Source: Gammaproteobacteria bacterium
GTDB lineage: Bacteria; Pseudomonadota; Gammaproteobacteria; Poriferisulfidales; GCA-002705445
Direction of reading: 5' to 3'
DNA: 64,000 nt
Assembly: GCA_018675635.1 (NCBI GenBank)
Contig: JABGXU010000007.1
Span: forward strand, 129,366 to 193,365
The translations under genes were made by a program, and so were the position numbers. The notes beneath the pieces were generated by a model. It saw nothing but the letters and a program-made list of their open reading frames with translations, did not search any database and was not told the DNA's origin. Shown piece after piece: positions 1-8,120 of the stretch; the first letter of the stretch is position 1; every line of letters starts with the position of its first letter.

Positions 1-3
1 TTT

Positions 4-894
4 ATGTCGGCTAATAAATTAATTGATTTTAGTGATATAGACGTTGCAAAAAAAATGGCAATACTAAATATTGAAGCAAAAAATTATATTGATGCAATTA
101 CTTTTATAAATTCTATTAAAGATAAAAATATAAATGGTTATAATTATCTTAATGGAGTTATTAATATAAAAAAAGAAAATTATAAGAAGGCTGAGTCCTA
201 CCTTTTAAAAATAGAGCAAACCGACAATAATTATATTAATTCAATAAAAGAAATATCAAAAATAAAAATTATAAATAAGGAGATAAGTTTATTAAAAAGT
301 TTTTTTGCAGAACAATATAAAAGGGCTGAAGATAATAAAGATTTAGATATGAGATTAATTTTGTTGGAAACAGAAATATTTTTTAGTGAGAAATATTATA
401 AATATGCTATGAAAAGAATAAATTATGGTTTAGAAAAATATGAGAATAATGGTGCTTTTTTATACACAAGAGCTTTAGTCGCAGAGCAAATAGATCGTTT
501 AGATATTTTAGAAAATGATTTAAAGAAAGTTATATCAATGGACCCAAATAATGCACAAGCACTTAATGCTTTGGGATATACATGGGCAAATAAAAATATA
601 AATCTAAAAGAAGCGAGCAAATTTATTGATGAAGCATTATTATTAAAACCTAATGATGCTTCAATATTAGATAGCAAAGGATGGGTTTTATACAAAATGG
701 GTAAGTATGATGAATCTGAAAGTTATTTTAAAAAAGCATTAAAAATAAATAAAGATACAGAGATAGTTAGTCATTATGTGCAATTATTAATAAAATTAAA
801 AAAAATAAAAGAAGCTGAGAAAATATATCAAAAATATTTAAAAATTACACCTGAAGATGAAAAATTAAATGAGCTAAAAAATTTATTTCAATGA
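4..894 (+). CDS. TPR-repeat protein (conserved neighbour upstream of lolB); may be 5'-truncated by the window edge
   Basis: TPR-like repeats (NAQALNALGYTWANKN, ILDSKGWVLYKMGKYDESESYFKKALKI). It sits upstream of lolB-ispE-prs as in Pseudomonas-type gene order. The ATG at 4 may not be the true start. Confidence 0.6.
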   Translation: MSANKLIDFSDIDVAKKMAILNIEAKNYIDAITFINSIKDKNINGYNYLNGVINIKKENYKKAESYLLKIEQTDNNYINSIKEISKIKIINKEISLLKSFFAEQYKRAEDNKDLDMRLILLETEIFFSEKYYKYAMKRINYGLEKYENNGAFLYTRALVAEQIDRLDILENDLKKVISMDPNNAQALNALGYTWANKNINLKEASKFIDEALLLKPNDASILDSKGWVLYKMGKYDESESYFKKALKINKDTEIVSHYVQLLIKLKKIKEAEKIYQKYLKITPEDEKLNELKNLFQ

Positions 895-1457
895 AAAACA
901 CAATAATAATATTATTTTTTTCTATTTTACTTTTATGTGGTTGTTCAAATAATAAGTATTATGAAATCAAAAGATCAGATAGCAAACAAGAGGTGGCTTT
1001 AAAAAATTTTTTAGTTAATGGCATTATTAAGTTTTACGCAGATGATAAAAAAATTTCTTCTAGAATTAATTTTATAAAAAATGACAAAGTAAATATAATT
1101 GAATTTTTAGATTTATTCAATAATACAGTGGTATCGTTCCAAATAATTTCTGGAAATATTGAAATCAAAGAATGGAAAAAAAATGTAGATTTTAAAGCAT
1201 TAGAAGAAGTTATTAATAAACCAATTTTTAAGAATATTATTTTAAATTTATCAAATATATTAACTAATAACATAAATGATAAAACTAGCTTTACTAAGTA
1301 TAAAAATAATATGTACAAAAATATAGAAACTTCAACATATAAGGTTCATTATAAAAGATATAAAATTTATAATGGAAAAATTGTTCCTGTTGACATGGAT
1401 ATAAGTTTTTCTAACATAAAATTTAACTTTAAAGTGAATAATTGGGAATTTAATTGA
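891..1457 (+). CDS. lolB: outer-membrane lipoprotein LolB
   Basis: Lipoprotein signal with lipobox (LLLCGCS). About 190 aa. Conserved position directly upstream of ispE-prs; start overlaps the previous stop (ATGA). Confidence 0.65.
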   Translation: MKNTIIILFFSILLLCGCSNNKYYEIKRSDSKQEVALKNFLVNGIIKFYADDKKISSRINFIKNDKVNIIEFLDLFNNTVVSFQIISGNIEIKEWKKNVDFKALEEVINKPIFKNIILNLSNILTNNINDKTSFTKYKNNMYKNIETSTYKVHYKRYKIYNGKIVPVDMDISFSNIKFNFKVNNWEFN

Positions 1458-2273
1458 ATGAGTGTTTTAAAATCCCCTGCAAAAATTAATTTATTTTTAA
1501 ATATTATTGATAAGAGAGTAGATAATTTTCATAATATTGAAACCTATTTTCAATTAGTAAGTTTATACGATTATATATCCTTAGATATTATTGACGGAAC
1601 TAAAATTGAAATAAAATCAAATCAAAAATCTTTGGCTAATCACAATAATATATGTGTTAAGGCTGCTGAATTACTTAGAGAAGATGTGGGTATTAAATTA
1701 AATACTTCGATATGTCTTATTAAAAATATACCAATAGGTGGAGGCCTTGGAGGCGGTAGCTCAAATGCTGCTACTGTTCTCTTAGGTTTAAATGATTTAT
1801 GGAAATGTAATTTATCAAAAAAACGCCTTTTAAATTTAGGGGAGAAATTGGGATCAGATGTTCCATTATTTATAAATGGTTATTCTGCTTTCGGAGAAGG
1901 AACTGGTATATCTCTTACTAAAATCAAATACTTTTCAAAAAAACAATATATTTTAATCATTAACCCAGGAATTCATGTCTCTTCTAAAATTATGTATTCA
2001 AAATATATAATTAATGATTGTATTAAGCGTGTAAATTTAGATAATATGCTTCACCACATTGGTTTTAATAGTTTTGAGGATTTATTGTGTAAAGAGCACC
2101 CTGAAATTAAAGAACTTCTAGATATATTAAGAGAACAAGGCATCGGCGCAGTATCTGGTTCTGGAAGTTGTATATTTTCTGTTTTTGAGGATGAAAATCA
2201 GGCAAAATATGTAAGTGAGCTTGTGCCAAAAAAATACCAGACTTATATTGTGCATAGCTTAGATAGAATATAA
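1458..2273 (+). CDS. ispE: 4-diphosphocytidyl-2-C-methyl-D-erythritol kinase
   Basis: N-terminal PAKINLFLNI and GHMP-kinase glycine loop PIGGGLGGGSSNAA. Conserved lolB-ispE-prs synteny. Confidence 0.9.
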   Translation: MSVLKSPAKINLFLNIIDKRVDNFHNIETYFQLVSLYDYISLDIIDGTKIEIKSNQKSLANHNNICVKAAELLREDVGIKLNTSICLIKNIPIGGGLGGGSSNAATVLLGLNDLWKCNLSKKRLLNLGEKLGSDVPLFINGYSAFGEGTGISLTKIKYFSKKQYILIINPGIHVSSKIMYSKYIINDCIKRVNLDNMLHHIGFNSFEDLLCKEHPEIKELLDILREQGIGAVSGSGSCIFSVFEDENQAKYVSELVPKKYQTYIVHSLDRI

Positions 2274-2293
2274 CTTATATAAAATGTTAATAT

Positions 2294-2368
2294 TGGGCCG
2301 TCGCCAAGAGGTTAAGGCATCGGGTTTTGATCCCGACATCGTAGGTTCGATTCCTACCGGCCCAGCCA
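2294..2368 (+). tRNA. tRNA-Gln (anticodon TTG)
   Basis: Cloverleaf: acceptor tgggccg/cggccca, D stem gcc/ggc, anticodon stem tcggg/cccga with loop ttttgat (U33, anticodon UUG), T arm gtagg-ttcgatt-cctac, discriminator g plus CCA. Closely resembles E. coli tRNA-Gln. Confidence 0.85.
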
Positions 2369-2455
2369 TTTTATATTTTTACTTCTTTTTTGACCATTTT
2401 GTATTATCATTACGAATAATTAATATTAAATATTTTTAATTTCTTAAGGCGAGTC

Positions 2456-3412
2456 ATGTCAGATTTCGAAAGTTTAAAGATCTTTACAGGTAATTCTAAT
2501 AAAGAGTTAACCAAAAAGATTGCAAAAAAAATAGGTATCCCACTCGGAAAAGCATTAGTAGGAAGATTTAGTGACGGTGAAGTTCAAATAGAGCTTCATG
2601 AAGACGTTCGAGGAAAAGATGTTTTTGTAATTCAATCAACATGTCATCCTACAGATGAGAATCTCATGGAATTACTTATTTTAGTTGATGCATTAAAACG
2701 ATCTTCTGCAGCAAGAGTTACGACTGTTGTTCCTTATTTTGGTTATTCTCGACAAGATAGAAGAGTTCGTTCAATGAGGGTTCCAATATCTGCAAAAGTT
2801 GTAGCAAATTTAATTAGCACTGTTGGAACAGACAGAGTTTTAACAGTAGATCTTCATTCTGACCAAGAACAAGGTTTTTTTGATATTCCGGTTGATAATA
2901 TTTATGCTTCGCCAATTTTAATATCTGATATGTGGAAAAAGAAATATCCAAATATTGTTATTGTATCTCCCGACACAGGAGGTGTGGTTAGAGCAAGAGC
3001 AGTTGCAAAACAATTAGGAATTGATGGGTTAGCAATTGTTGACAAAAGAAGAGAAAAAGCAAACGAATCTGAGGTTATGAATATTATTGGAGATGTGAGC
3101 TCAAAAACTTGTTTAATAATTGATGATATGGTTGATACTGCAGGAACACTTGCGAAAGCATCTGTTGCTTTAAAAGAACAAGGAGCAAATGCCGTTATGG
3201 CATATGCAACTCATCCGGTATTATCTGGTACAGCAATTAATAATATAGAGGAGTCTGAAATAGATGAGTTAGTTGTTACTGATACTATTCAGCTGTCAGC
3301 TGAAGCGCAAAAATCAAAAAAAATTAGACAATTATCTGTTTCAAATTTATTAGCTGAATCAATTATAAGGGTGCATACTGAAGAGTCATTAAGTTCTTTA
3401 TTTACAGAATAA
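2456..3412 (+). CDS. prs: ribose-phosphate pyrophosphokinase
   Basis: 318 aa with typical PRPP synthetase sequence ([29 protein letters not shown]-binding loop [11 protein letters not shown]). Conserved position. Confidence 0.95.
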   Translation: MSDFESLKIFTGNSNKELTKKIAKKIGIPLGKALVGRFSDGEVQIELHEDVRGKDVFVIQSTCHPTDENLMELLILVDALKRSSAARVTTVVPYFGYSRQDRRVRSMRVPISAKVVANLISTVGTDRVLTVDLHSDQEQGFFDIPVDNIYASPILISDMWKKKYPNIVIVSPDTGGVVRARAVAKQLGIDGLAIVDKRREKANESEVMNIIGDVSSKTCLIIDDMVDTAGTLAKASVALKEQGANAVMAYATHPVLSGTAINNIEESEIDELVVTDTIQLSAEAQKSKKIRQLSVSNLLAESIIRVHTEESLSSLFTE

Positions 3413-3460
3413 AAAAATCTTGTTCTTATAGCGAAATTAATTGATAATACGCGCTCTTAA

Positions 3461-3500
3461 AATATATAGAAAATAATATAAATATATAGAAAATAATATG
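3461..3500. repeat. tandem direct repeat, 2 x 20 bp (aatatatagaaaataatat[a/g]) abutting the rplY start codon
   Basis: Read directly: 3461-3480 and 3481-3500 match at 19 of 20 positions. The second copy contains the rplY ATG. Confidence 0.8.
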
Positions 3501-4259
3501 GAATTTATAATAACCGCAGAAAAACGTGATAGAAAAGGTACATCTTCTTCTAGAAATATTCGAAGAGAAGGATTGGTGCCTGGAATAATATACGGCGCAA
3601 ACACCAAAGAAGAAATCATTTCTCTTAAAAAACATGAAGTTGCTAAAAATCTAGAAAATGAAGGTTTTTATAGTCAAGTATTAGATATAGTTATTGATGG
3701 TGCAAAACAACAAGTAATTCTAAGGGATATACAAAGACATCCTAGTAAAAAAGAAATACTTCATATGGATTTTCAAAGAATTAAGGCTGACCAAAAAATT
3801 AATGTGGTTATTCCAATAAATTTTGTTAATGAAGATATTGCTCCTGGAGTAAAAGTTGATGGTGGAATTATAAGTCATTTAATAACAGAATTAGAAATAC
3901 TTTGTTTGCCTGCTGATATTCCAGAAAATATAACTGTTGATCTGGTAAATTTAGAATTAGATCATCCAATTCATTTGACAGAATTAGAGATTCCAAAAGG
4001 TGTTGAACTTACATTGCTCGCACACGAAGATGATACAGATATGGCTGTTGTTGTTATTCATCAAGCAAAAGTAGTTGAAGAAGAGGAAGATCTTACTGAA
4101 GCACCTGAAGCATCTGAAGTTCCATCAGACCAAAAAGATGAAAATGAAGATGAAGAATCTGATGAAAGTAAAGATGGTAAAGGTAAAGATGGTAAAGGTA
4201 AAGATAGTAAAGATAGTAAAGGTAAAGATAGTAAAGATAGTAAAGAAACTAAAGAATAA
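3498..4259 (+). CDS. rplY: 50S ribosomal protein L25 (Ctc-type) with an unusual acidic/Lys-Gly-rich low-complexity C-terminal tail
   Basis: L25/Ctc N-terminal region. prs-rplY-pth-ychF synteny. The last ~60 aa are EEEEDL...KDGKGKDGKGKDSKDSKGKDSKDSKETKE, encoded by short tandem DNA repeats (gatggtaaaggtaaa / gatagtaaa). Confidence 0.85.
   Translation: MEFIITAEKRDRKGTSSSRNIRREGLVPGIIYGANTKEEIISLKKHEVAKNLENEGFYSQVLDIVIDGAKQQVILRDIQRHPSKKEILHMDFQRIKADQKINVVIPINFVNEDIAPGVKVDGGIISHLITELEILCLPADIPENITVDLVNLELDHPIHLTELEIPKGVELTLLAHEDDTDMAVVVIHQAKVVEEEEDLTEAPEASEVPSDQKDENEDEESDESKDGKGKDGKGKDSKDSKGKDSKDSKETKE
4165..4250 (+). repeat. in-frame short tandem repeats (ggtaaagat / agtaaagat units) encoding the KDGKG/KDSKD tail of L25
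   Basis: Seen directly in the sequence. The alternative-frame ORF 4075..4314 (KMKMKM...VKVKIVK) is a frame-shifted reading of the same repeat. Confidence 0.8.
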
Positions 4260-4277
4260 AAATCTATTTATAGCCCT

Positions 4278-4874
4278 ATGTCAAATAATGATAAAGGAAG
4301 TTTTCCAAAAATAAAACTAGTTGTTGGTTTAGGGAATCCACAAAAAAATCTACTTAATACTAGGCATAACGCTGGGTACTGGTATTTGGAAAAATTTTTA
4401 GAAAAGTTTAATGTAAAATTAGCCGAAGAAAAAAAACTTAATAGTTTTTTGTCAAAAATTGAACACAACAATAATCAAATATTTTTACTTAAATCTACCT
4501 TTTTTATTAATGATAGCGGAAAGTCAATTTCAAGTTTCTTAAAGTATTATAAAATTGAATGTGAAAGTATTTTAATTATTCATGATGATATTGATCTTAA
4601 TGCTGGCGACATAAGATTAAAATTTGGAGGTGGTCATGGTGGGCATAATGGCCTTAGAGATGTTATAAATCACATTGGAAAAGATTATTGGAGACTTAGG
4701 ATTGGAGTTGGTCATCCTGGGGAAAAATCATTAGTACATAACTATGTATTAAATAATCCTTCAAAAGAAGATGATATAAAAATAAATATGTCTATAAAAG
4801 ATTCTTTCGAATCTATAGATATTTTATTAGATGGTGAATATGAAAAATTCACTAAATTATTACATACGAGGTAA
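4278..4874 (+). CDS. pth: peptidyl-tRNA hydrolase
   Basis: LVVGLGNPQ...NTRHNAGYW N-terminal motif and conserved catalytic His region. Synteny. Confidence 0.9.
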   Translation: MSNNDKGSFPKIKLVVGLGNPQKNLLNTRHNAGYWYLEKFLEKFNVKLAEEKKLNSFLSKIEHNNNQIFLLKSTFFINDSGKSISSFLKYYKIECESILIIHDDIDLNAGDIRLKFGGGHGGHNGLRDVINHIGKDYWRLRIGVGHPGEKSLVHNYVLNNPSKEDDIKINMSIKDSFESIDILLDGEYEKFTKLLHTR

Positions 4875-4877
4875 AAC

Positions 4878-5963
4878 ATGGGTTTTAAATGTGGCATTGT
4901 TGGTTTGCCAAATGTTGGGAAATCAACCCTATTCAATGCGCTAACAAAAAATGAAGTTGCTGCTGAAAATTATCCCTTTTGTACAATTGATCCAAATGTT
5001 GGAATAGTTGAAGTTAATGACAAAAGATTGAATCAATTAGCAGATATTGATAATCCAAAAAAAATAATTCCTGCTGTTATTGAATTTGTTGATATAGCTG
5101 GGTTAGTTGCTGGAGCATCTGAGGGAGAAGGATTAGGCAATAAATTCTTAGCTAATGTTAGAGAAACAGATGCAATTGCACATGTCGTAAGGTGTTTTGA
5201 AGATAAAAATATTACACATGTTTCAGGAAAAATAGACCCTATATCTGATATACAAACAATTAATACTGAATTAATGCTATCAGATTTAGCAATTGTAGAA
5301 AAAAGTTTAGCAAGATTAAAAAAATTATCAAAAACTGGCAATAAAGAAATTCTTTCAGAATTAAAAATACTAGAAGAGATCGAAGAAGAATTAAACAAAG
5401 GTAATTTTTTAGAACAAATATATAATAAAAATAAAGAGCTTCTTAAGCAATATAATTTTTTAACAGCAAAACCATTTTTTTTAATTTTAAATGTAGCCGA
5501 CGATGAAATTAAAGGAAATAAATATACTGAAGAAGTTGTAAAATACTGCAACAATAAAAATATTTCTTACATAATTATTTCAGCAAATATAGAGTATGAA
5601 TTATCGTTGATGAGTATCGATGAGAAAAAAGAATATTTTGAATTATACTCTCTTGAAAAATCTGGAATAGATAGAGTAGCTAAACATGGTTATGATATTT
5701 TAAATTTAAGCACATTTTTTACCTCTGGCCCCACAGAAACACGAGCTTGGACAATACAAAAAAATATGTTGGCCCCAGAAGCTGCTGGTAAAATCCATAC
5801 TGATTTTCAAAAGGGTTTTATTAGAGCTGAAGTTATATCATTCAATGATTATATTGAGCTTCAAGGCTCTGTAAATGCCAAGAATGAAGGAAAAATGAGA
5901 CTTGAGGGTAAAGAATATAAAGTTGCAGAAGGAGATATTGTTGTATTTAGGTACAACGTTTAA
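4878..5963 (+). CDS. ychF: ribosome-binding ATPase YchF (Obg family)
   Basis: MGFKCGIVGLPNVGKSTLFNALT P-loop and C-terminal TGS domain. Follows pth as in most bacteria. Confidence 0.95.
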   Translation: MGFKCGIVGLPNVGKSTLFNALTKNEVAAENYPFCTIDPNVGIVEVNDKRLNQLADIDNPKKIIPAVIEFVDIAGLVAGASEGEGLGNKFLANVRETDAIAHVVRCFEDKNITHVSGKIDPISDIQTINTELMLSDLAIVEKSLARLKKLSKTGNKEILSELKILEEIEEELNKGNFLEQIYNKNKELLKQYNFLTAKPFFLILNVADDEIKGNKYTEEVVKYCNNKNISYIIISANIEYELSLMSIDEKKEYFELYSLEKSGIDRVAKHGYDILNLSTFFTSGPTETRAWTIQKNMLAPEAAGKIHTDFQKGFIRAEVISFNDYIELQGSVNAKNEGKMRLEGKEYKVAEGDIVVFRYNV

Positions 5964-5988
5964 GTTATAATGTTTTTTTTAAAGTTTT

Positions 5989-6065
5989 GGCTATGTAGCT
6001 CAGATGGTTAGAGCGCAGCACTCATAACGCTGAGGTCGGCGGTTCAATTCCACCCATAGCCACCA
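5989..6065 (+). tRNA. tRNA with CAT anticodon (elongator Met or lysidine-Ile2; not resolved)
   Basis: ggctatg acceptor pairs with catagcc, then discriminator a plus CCA. D arm gctc-agatggtta-gagc resembles E. coli metT. Anticodon loop ctcataa (CAU). One mismatch each in the anticodon-stem closure and the T stem lowers confidence. Confidence 0.65.
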
Positions 6066-6128
6066 AGCGTTTACATTAATAAATCGCTATGAGAGTATTG
6101 ATATTAATAAATATTAGCTTATAGAATT

Positions 6129-6434
6129 ATGTTTGAATGGATACTTTATACAATTTTTTTCTTTTTAGTTGCCGGCTCGATTGCTGGAGTTGAAGAAAAG
6201 AACTTATGCAGATTTAAGTTTGATTCTAAATTAAAACCAAAAGAAAACCCAAAAGACAATGCTAGAATGTATTTAGCCTACGTTTTTTTTGCCGATGCGC
6301 AATCTTGTTACGTAAATTATAATGCTTATGGATTAGAAGAAGTACTCTTTGGCTTTGCAGCTTCTATGATAGGTTTTGGCCCATTAGCATACGGCTTAGG
6401 TTACCTCATAAGAAAAAATAATCTTCCAAAATAA
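6129..6434 (+). CDS. hypothetical small membrane protein (two predicted TM helices)
   Basis: ORF only. Hydrophobic N- and C-terminal segments, no recognisable motif, no clear SD. Convergent with the oxygenase-like gene. Confidence 0.3.
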   Translation: MFEWILYTIFFFLVAGSIAGVEEKNLCRFKFDSKLKPKENPKDNARMYLAYVFFADAQSCYVNYNAYGLEEVLFGFAASMIGFGPLAYGLGYLIRKNNLPK

Positions 6435-6507
6435 GAAATGTTTAAAACTTTCATAGCCACCAAGTTTTTTTGAGCACTTGCTGTAGCGGCTTACTTGATT
6501 TTCTATA

Positions 6508-6600
6508 TTATTCGAACCACTTGAACCACTTGAACCACTTATCTTTTTTAATAGGTCCTATTGTATCTTTTTTAATAGGTCCTATTGAAAATGTTTCGTC
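6508..6600 (-). repeat. coding tandem repeats: 3 x 9 bp (aagtggttc = KWF) and 2 x 24 bp (ataggacctattaaaaaagata[ca/ag] = IGPIKKDT/K)
   Basis: Seen directly. Plus strand 6515-6541 is ttgaaccac x3 and 6549-6596 is ttttttaataggtcctattg[t/a]atc x2. Confidence 0.85.
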
Positions 6601-7548
6601 TGATACCTCGTAAAAGTCACTCATCTCGCATGGAAACGTATACTCATCAGATTTACTTATATTACACAACCCTGCTAATCTTTTGAGATTTCTGTTATAA
6701 AGCTCATCATAATCAAATTTTTCATTAGTTTTTAATCCGCCATCTAAAACTGGAAACCATGGGTACCAGCTATTTACACCGGTATAATTTAGCTTAGTGT
6801 CGGTAATGAAGTCACACATAATATCGATCTCAATAGTTGGTCGGCCAACACAATCTTCAGAGCTATAGGCCTGATGTGCACACAAACTGTTTTCAAATAA
6901 TAACCAGGAACCTGGCTTCAAATCTATAATAATTTCATTTCCATTTTTATCTATAAGGTTTGTTGAACCTATATTTTTATTAGCTCCATCTGGGAAAAAG
7001 AATAATTTTTTGTAGCCTAAAGCCTGGGCATCTTTATGGAAACCTTGCGTTCTCTCTACTGGTTTAACTTCGAAAATTCTACACGATGCTACTTTCCAAT
7101 AAAATTGGTTTTCTTTCTCAATCAAAATTTTTAATGGGTCTAATAACTCAGGAAATTTATTAAAGAAAAATTCACTAGGCTGGAAATAATTATTCACTCT
7201 CTCCATATCTCTATGAAGATTTTCTCTGGGCTCGTAGAAATAGTCAAAACTAAACTCAAAAGGATCAAGAGGTATTTGTTTACAACTTGAAAAAATTTCT
7301 TTTAATAATAATGATTCTTTTTCGTTTAATTCACCTGTAATGTAACCATTCTTTTCTAGAGATGAAGGTTGATCAAAGGGTTGATTGCTTTCTTTATAGA
7401 ATTTCTTTGCGTTATAATAATGAACGTCCCATAGCATTTTAGACATAATTGCCTTGTTTTTAAATAAGGTTGCGTGCTCTGGCAACCTAGAGTCATAACT
7501 AAGCTGTTCAATTTCGTTTAAGTATTTTTTTAGATTTTTTTCATGCAT
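6508..7548 (-). CDS. 2OG-Fe(II)-oxygenase-like (PhyH/cupin-type facial triad) protein with repetitive cationic-aromatic C-terminal tail
   Basis: HxD...H...R arrangement: GFHKD, then LCAHQA about 50 aa later, then GRPTIE about 10 aa after that. This is the typical spacing of the 2-His-1-carboxylate triad plus the 2OG-binding Arg. C-terminus is ...SIGPIKKDTIGPIKKDKWFKWFKWFE. Family assignment is by motif only. Confidence 0.5.
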   Translation of the reverse strand: MHEKNLKKYLNEIEQLSYDSRLPEHATLFKNKAIMSKMLWDVHYYNAKKFYKESNQPFDQPSSLEKNGYITGELNEKESLLLKEIFSSCKQIPLDPFEFSFDYFYEPRENLHRDMERVNNYFQPSEFFFNKFPELLDPLKILIEKENQFYWKVASCRIFEVKPVERTQGFHKDAQALGYKKLFFFPDGANKNIGSTNLIDKNGNEIIIDLKPGSWLLFENSLCAHQAYSSEDCVGRPTIEIDIMCDFITDTKLNYTGVNSWYPWFPVLDGGLKTNEKFDYDELYNRNLKRLAGLCNISKSDEYTFPCEMSDFYEVSDETFSIGPIKKDTIGPIKKDKWFKWFKWFE

Positions 7549-7582
7549 TTCTTTTGCGTTTAGTACGCCTAGTTTTTTTGTC

Positions 7583-7683
7583 TATAGTTTATGTGGCATC
7601 AGTCCACGATAATATAGTCTTCTATATTGACCATTAATTTTTCTATTTGGGTGAGCTGCCATTATTTTTGCAAGTGTGTACAT
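7583..7683 (-). CDS. candidate small ORF (33 aa: MYTLAKIMAAHPNRKINGQYRRLYYRGLMPHKL) with GGAGG SD, 35 bp upstream of the oxygenase-like gene on the same strand
   Basis: On the minus strand ggaggcaacATG gives a strong SD 4 nt before the ATG. The stop (TAG) lies 35 bp before the oxygenase start codon. Not in the supplied ORF track (under 60 aa). Could be chance in an AT-rich spacer. Confidence 0.25.
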
Positions 7684-7926
7684 GTTGCCTCCTTAATATT
7701 TAGATAAAGTAAGCTTTTCTCCCATGCTTTATGGTTATGTAAAAAGTCCAGCGGTCTAGGCTCAATACTTGTAATTATTGTAAACGGTTTCTCAGATTTT
7801 TTGCAAGTTTTTTTTCATTTTGTGGGAAAAGAGCAATAAAATAAAAAATATGTTATTTATAATTTTTTTATACTATAATATGCATAGTTGTTTCTTCAGC
7901 GGTGAAAAAACGATGTGAATAATGAG

Positions 7927-7968
7927 GTTCGTATGTTGCTATTTGAGAGCATTACGGACTTTTTTTTT
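7927..7968 (+). terminator. terminator-like stem (GUUCGUA...UACGGAC, 7 bp with one G.U) followed by a 9-nt U-run inside the urtA 5' leader; possible attenuator
   Basis: Read directly: gttcgta (7927-7933) pairs with tacggac (7953-7959), followed by t x9 at 7960-7968. The loop is long (19 nt), so the stem is weak. It lies about 150 nt upstream of the urtA ATG. Confidence 0.25.
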
Positions 7969-8120
7969 GCGTAATCAAAACTCGACCGTATGTATCAATG
8001 ATGATTACATATGGTTTTAAACATTGAAGTTTTTATTTTATTTGATTATCAAATAACGCACATGCTTTTCTTGACTACAAGAAAATTATGAAATTATTTA
8101 AATTTAAAATAGGATTAAAA

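Noticed and set aside
4075-4314. 79-aa ORF rich in KMKMK / VKVKIVKIVK
   Set aside because: It is an alternative-frame reading of the tandem repeat that encodes the rplY C-terminal tail and overlaps the pth start. Artefact of the repeat.
5033-5554. 173-aa minus-strand ORF
   Set aside because: Entirely antisense within ychF, which has an unambiguous protein signature. AT-rich genomes yield long antisense ORFs. The same reasoning applies to the antisense ORFs inside urtD/urtE (12440-12723, 13171-13572), hppA (29582-30199, 31007-31462), argG (46453-46785), gyrA (55080-55382), tyrA, aroA and rpsA.
7990-8087. Possible sigma-54 (-24 GG / -12 GC) or NtcA-type promoter for urtA
   Set aside because: I scanned the 100 bp before urtA. 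The nearest candidates (tggttttaaacattga; acgcacatgctttt) do not match TGGCAC-N5-TTGCW or GTA-N8-TAC. Not reported as a feature.
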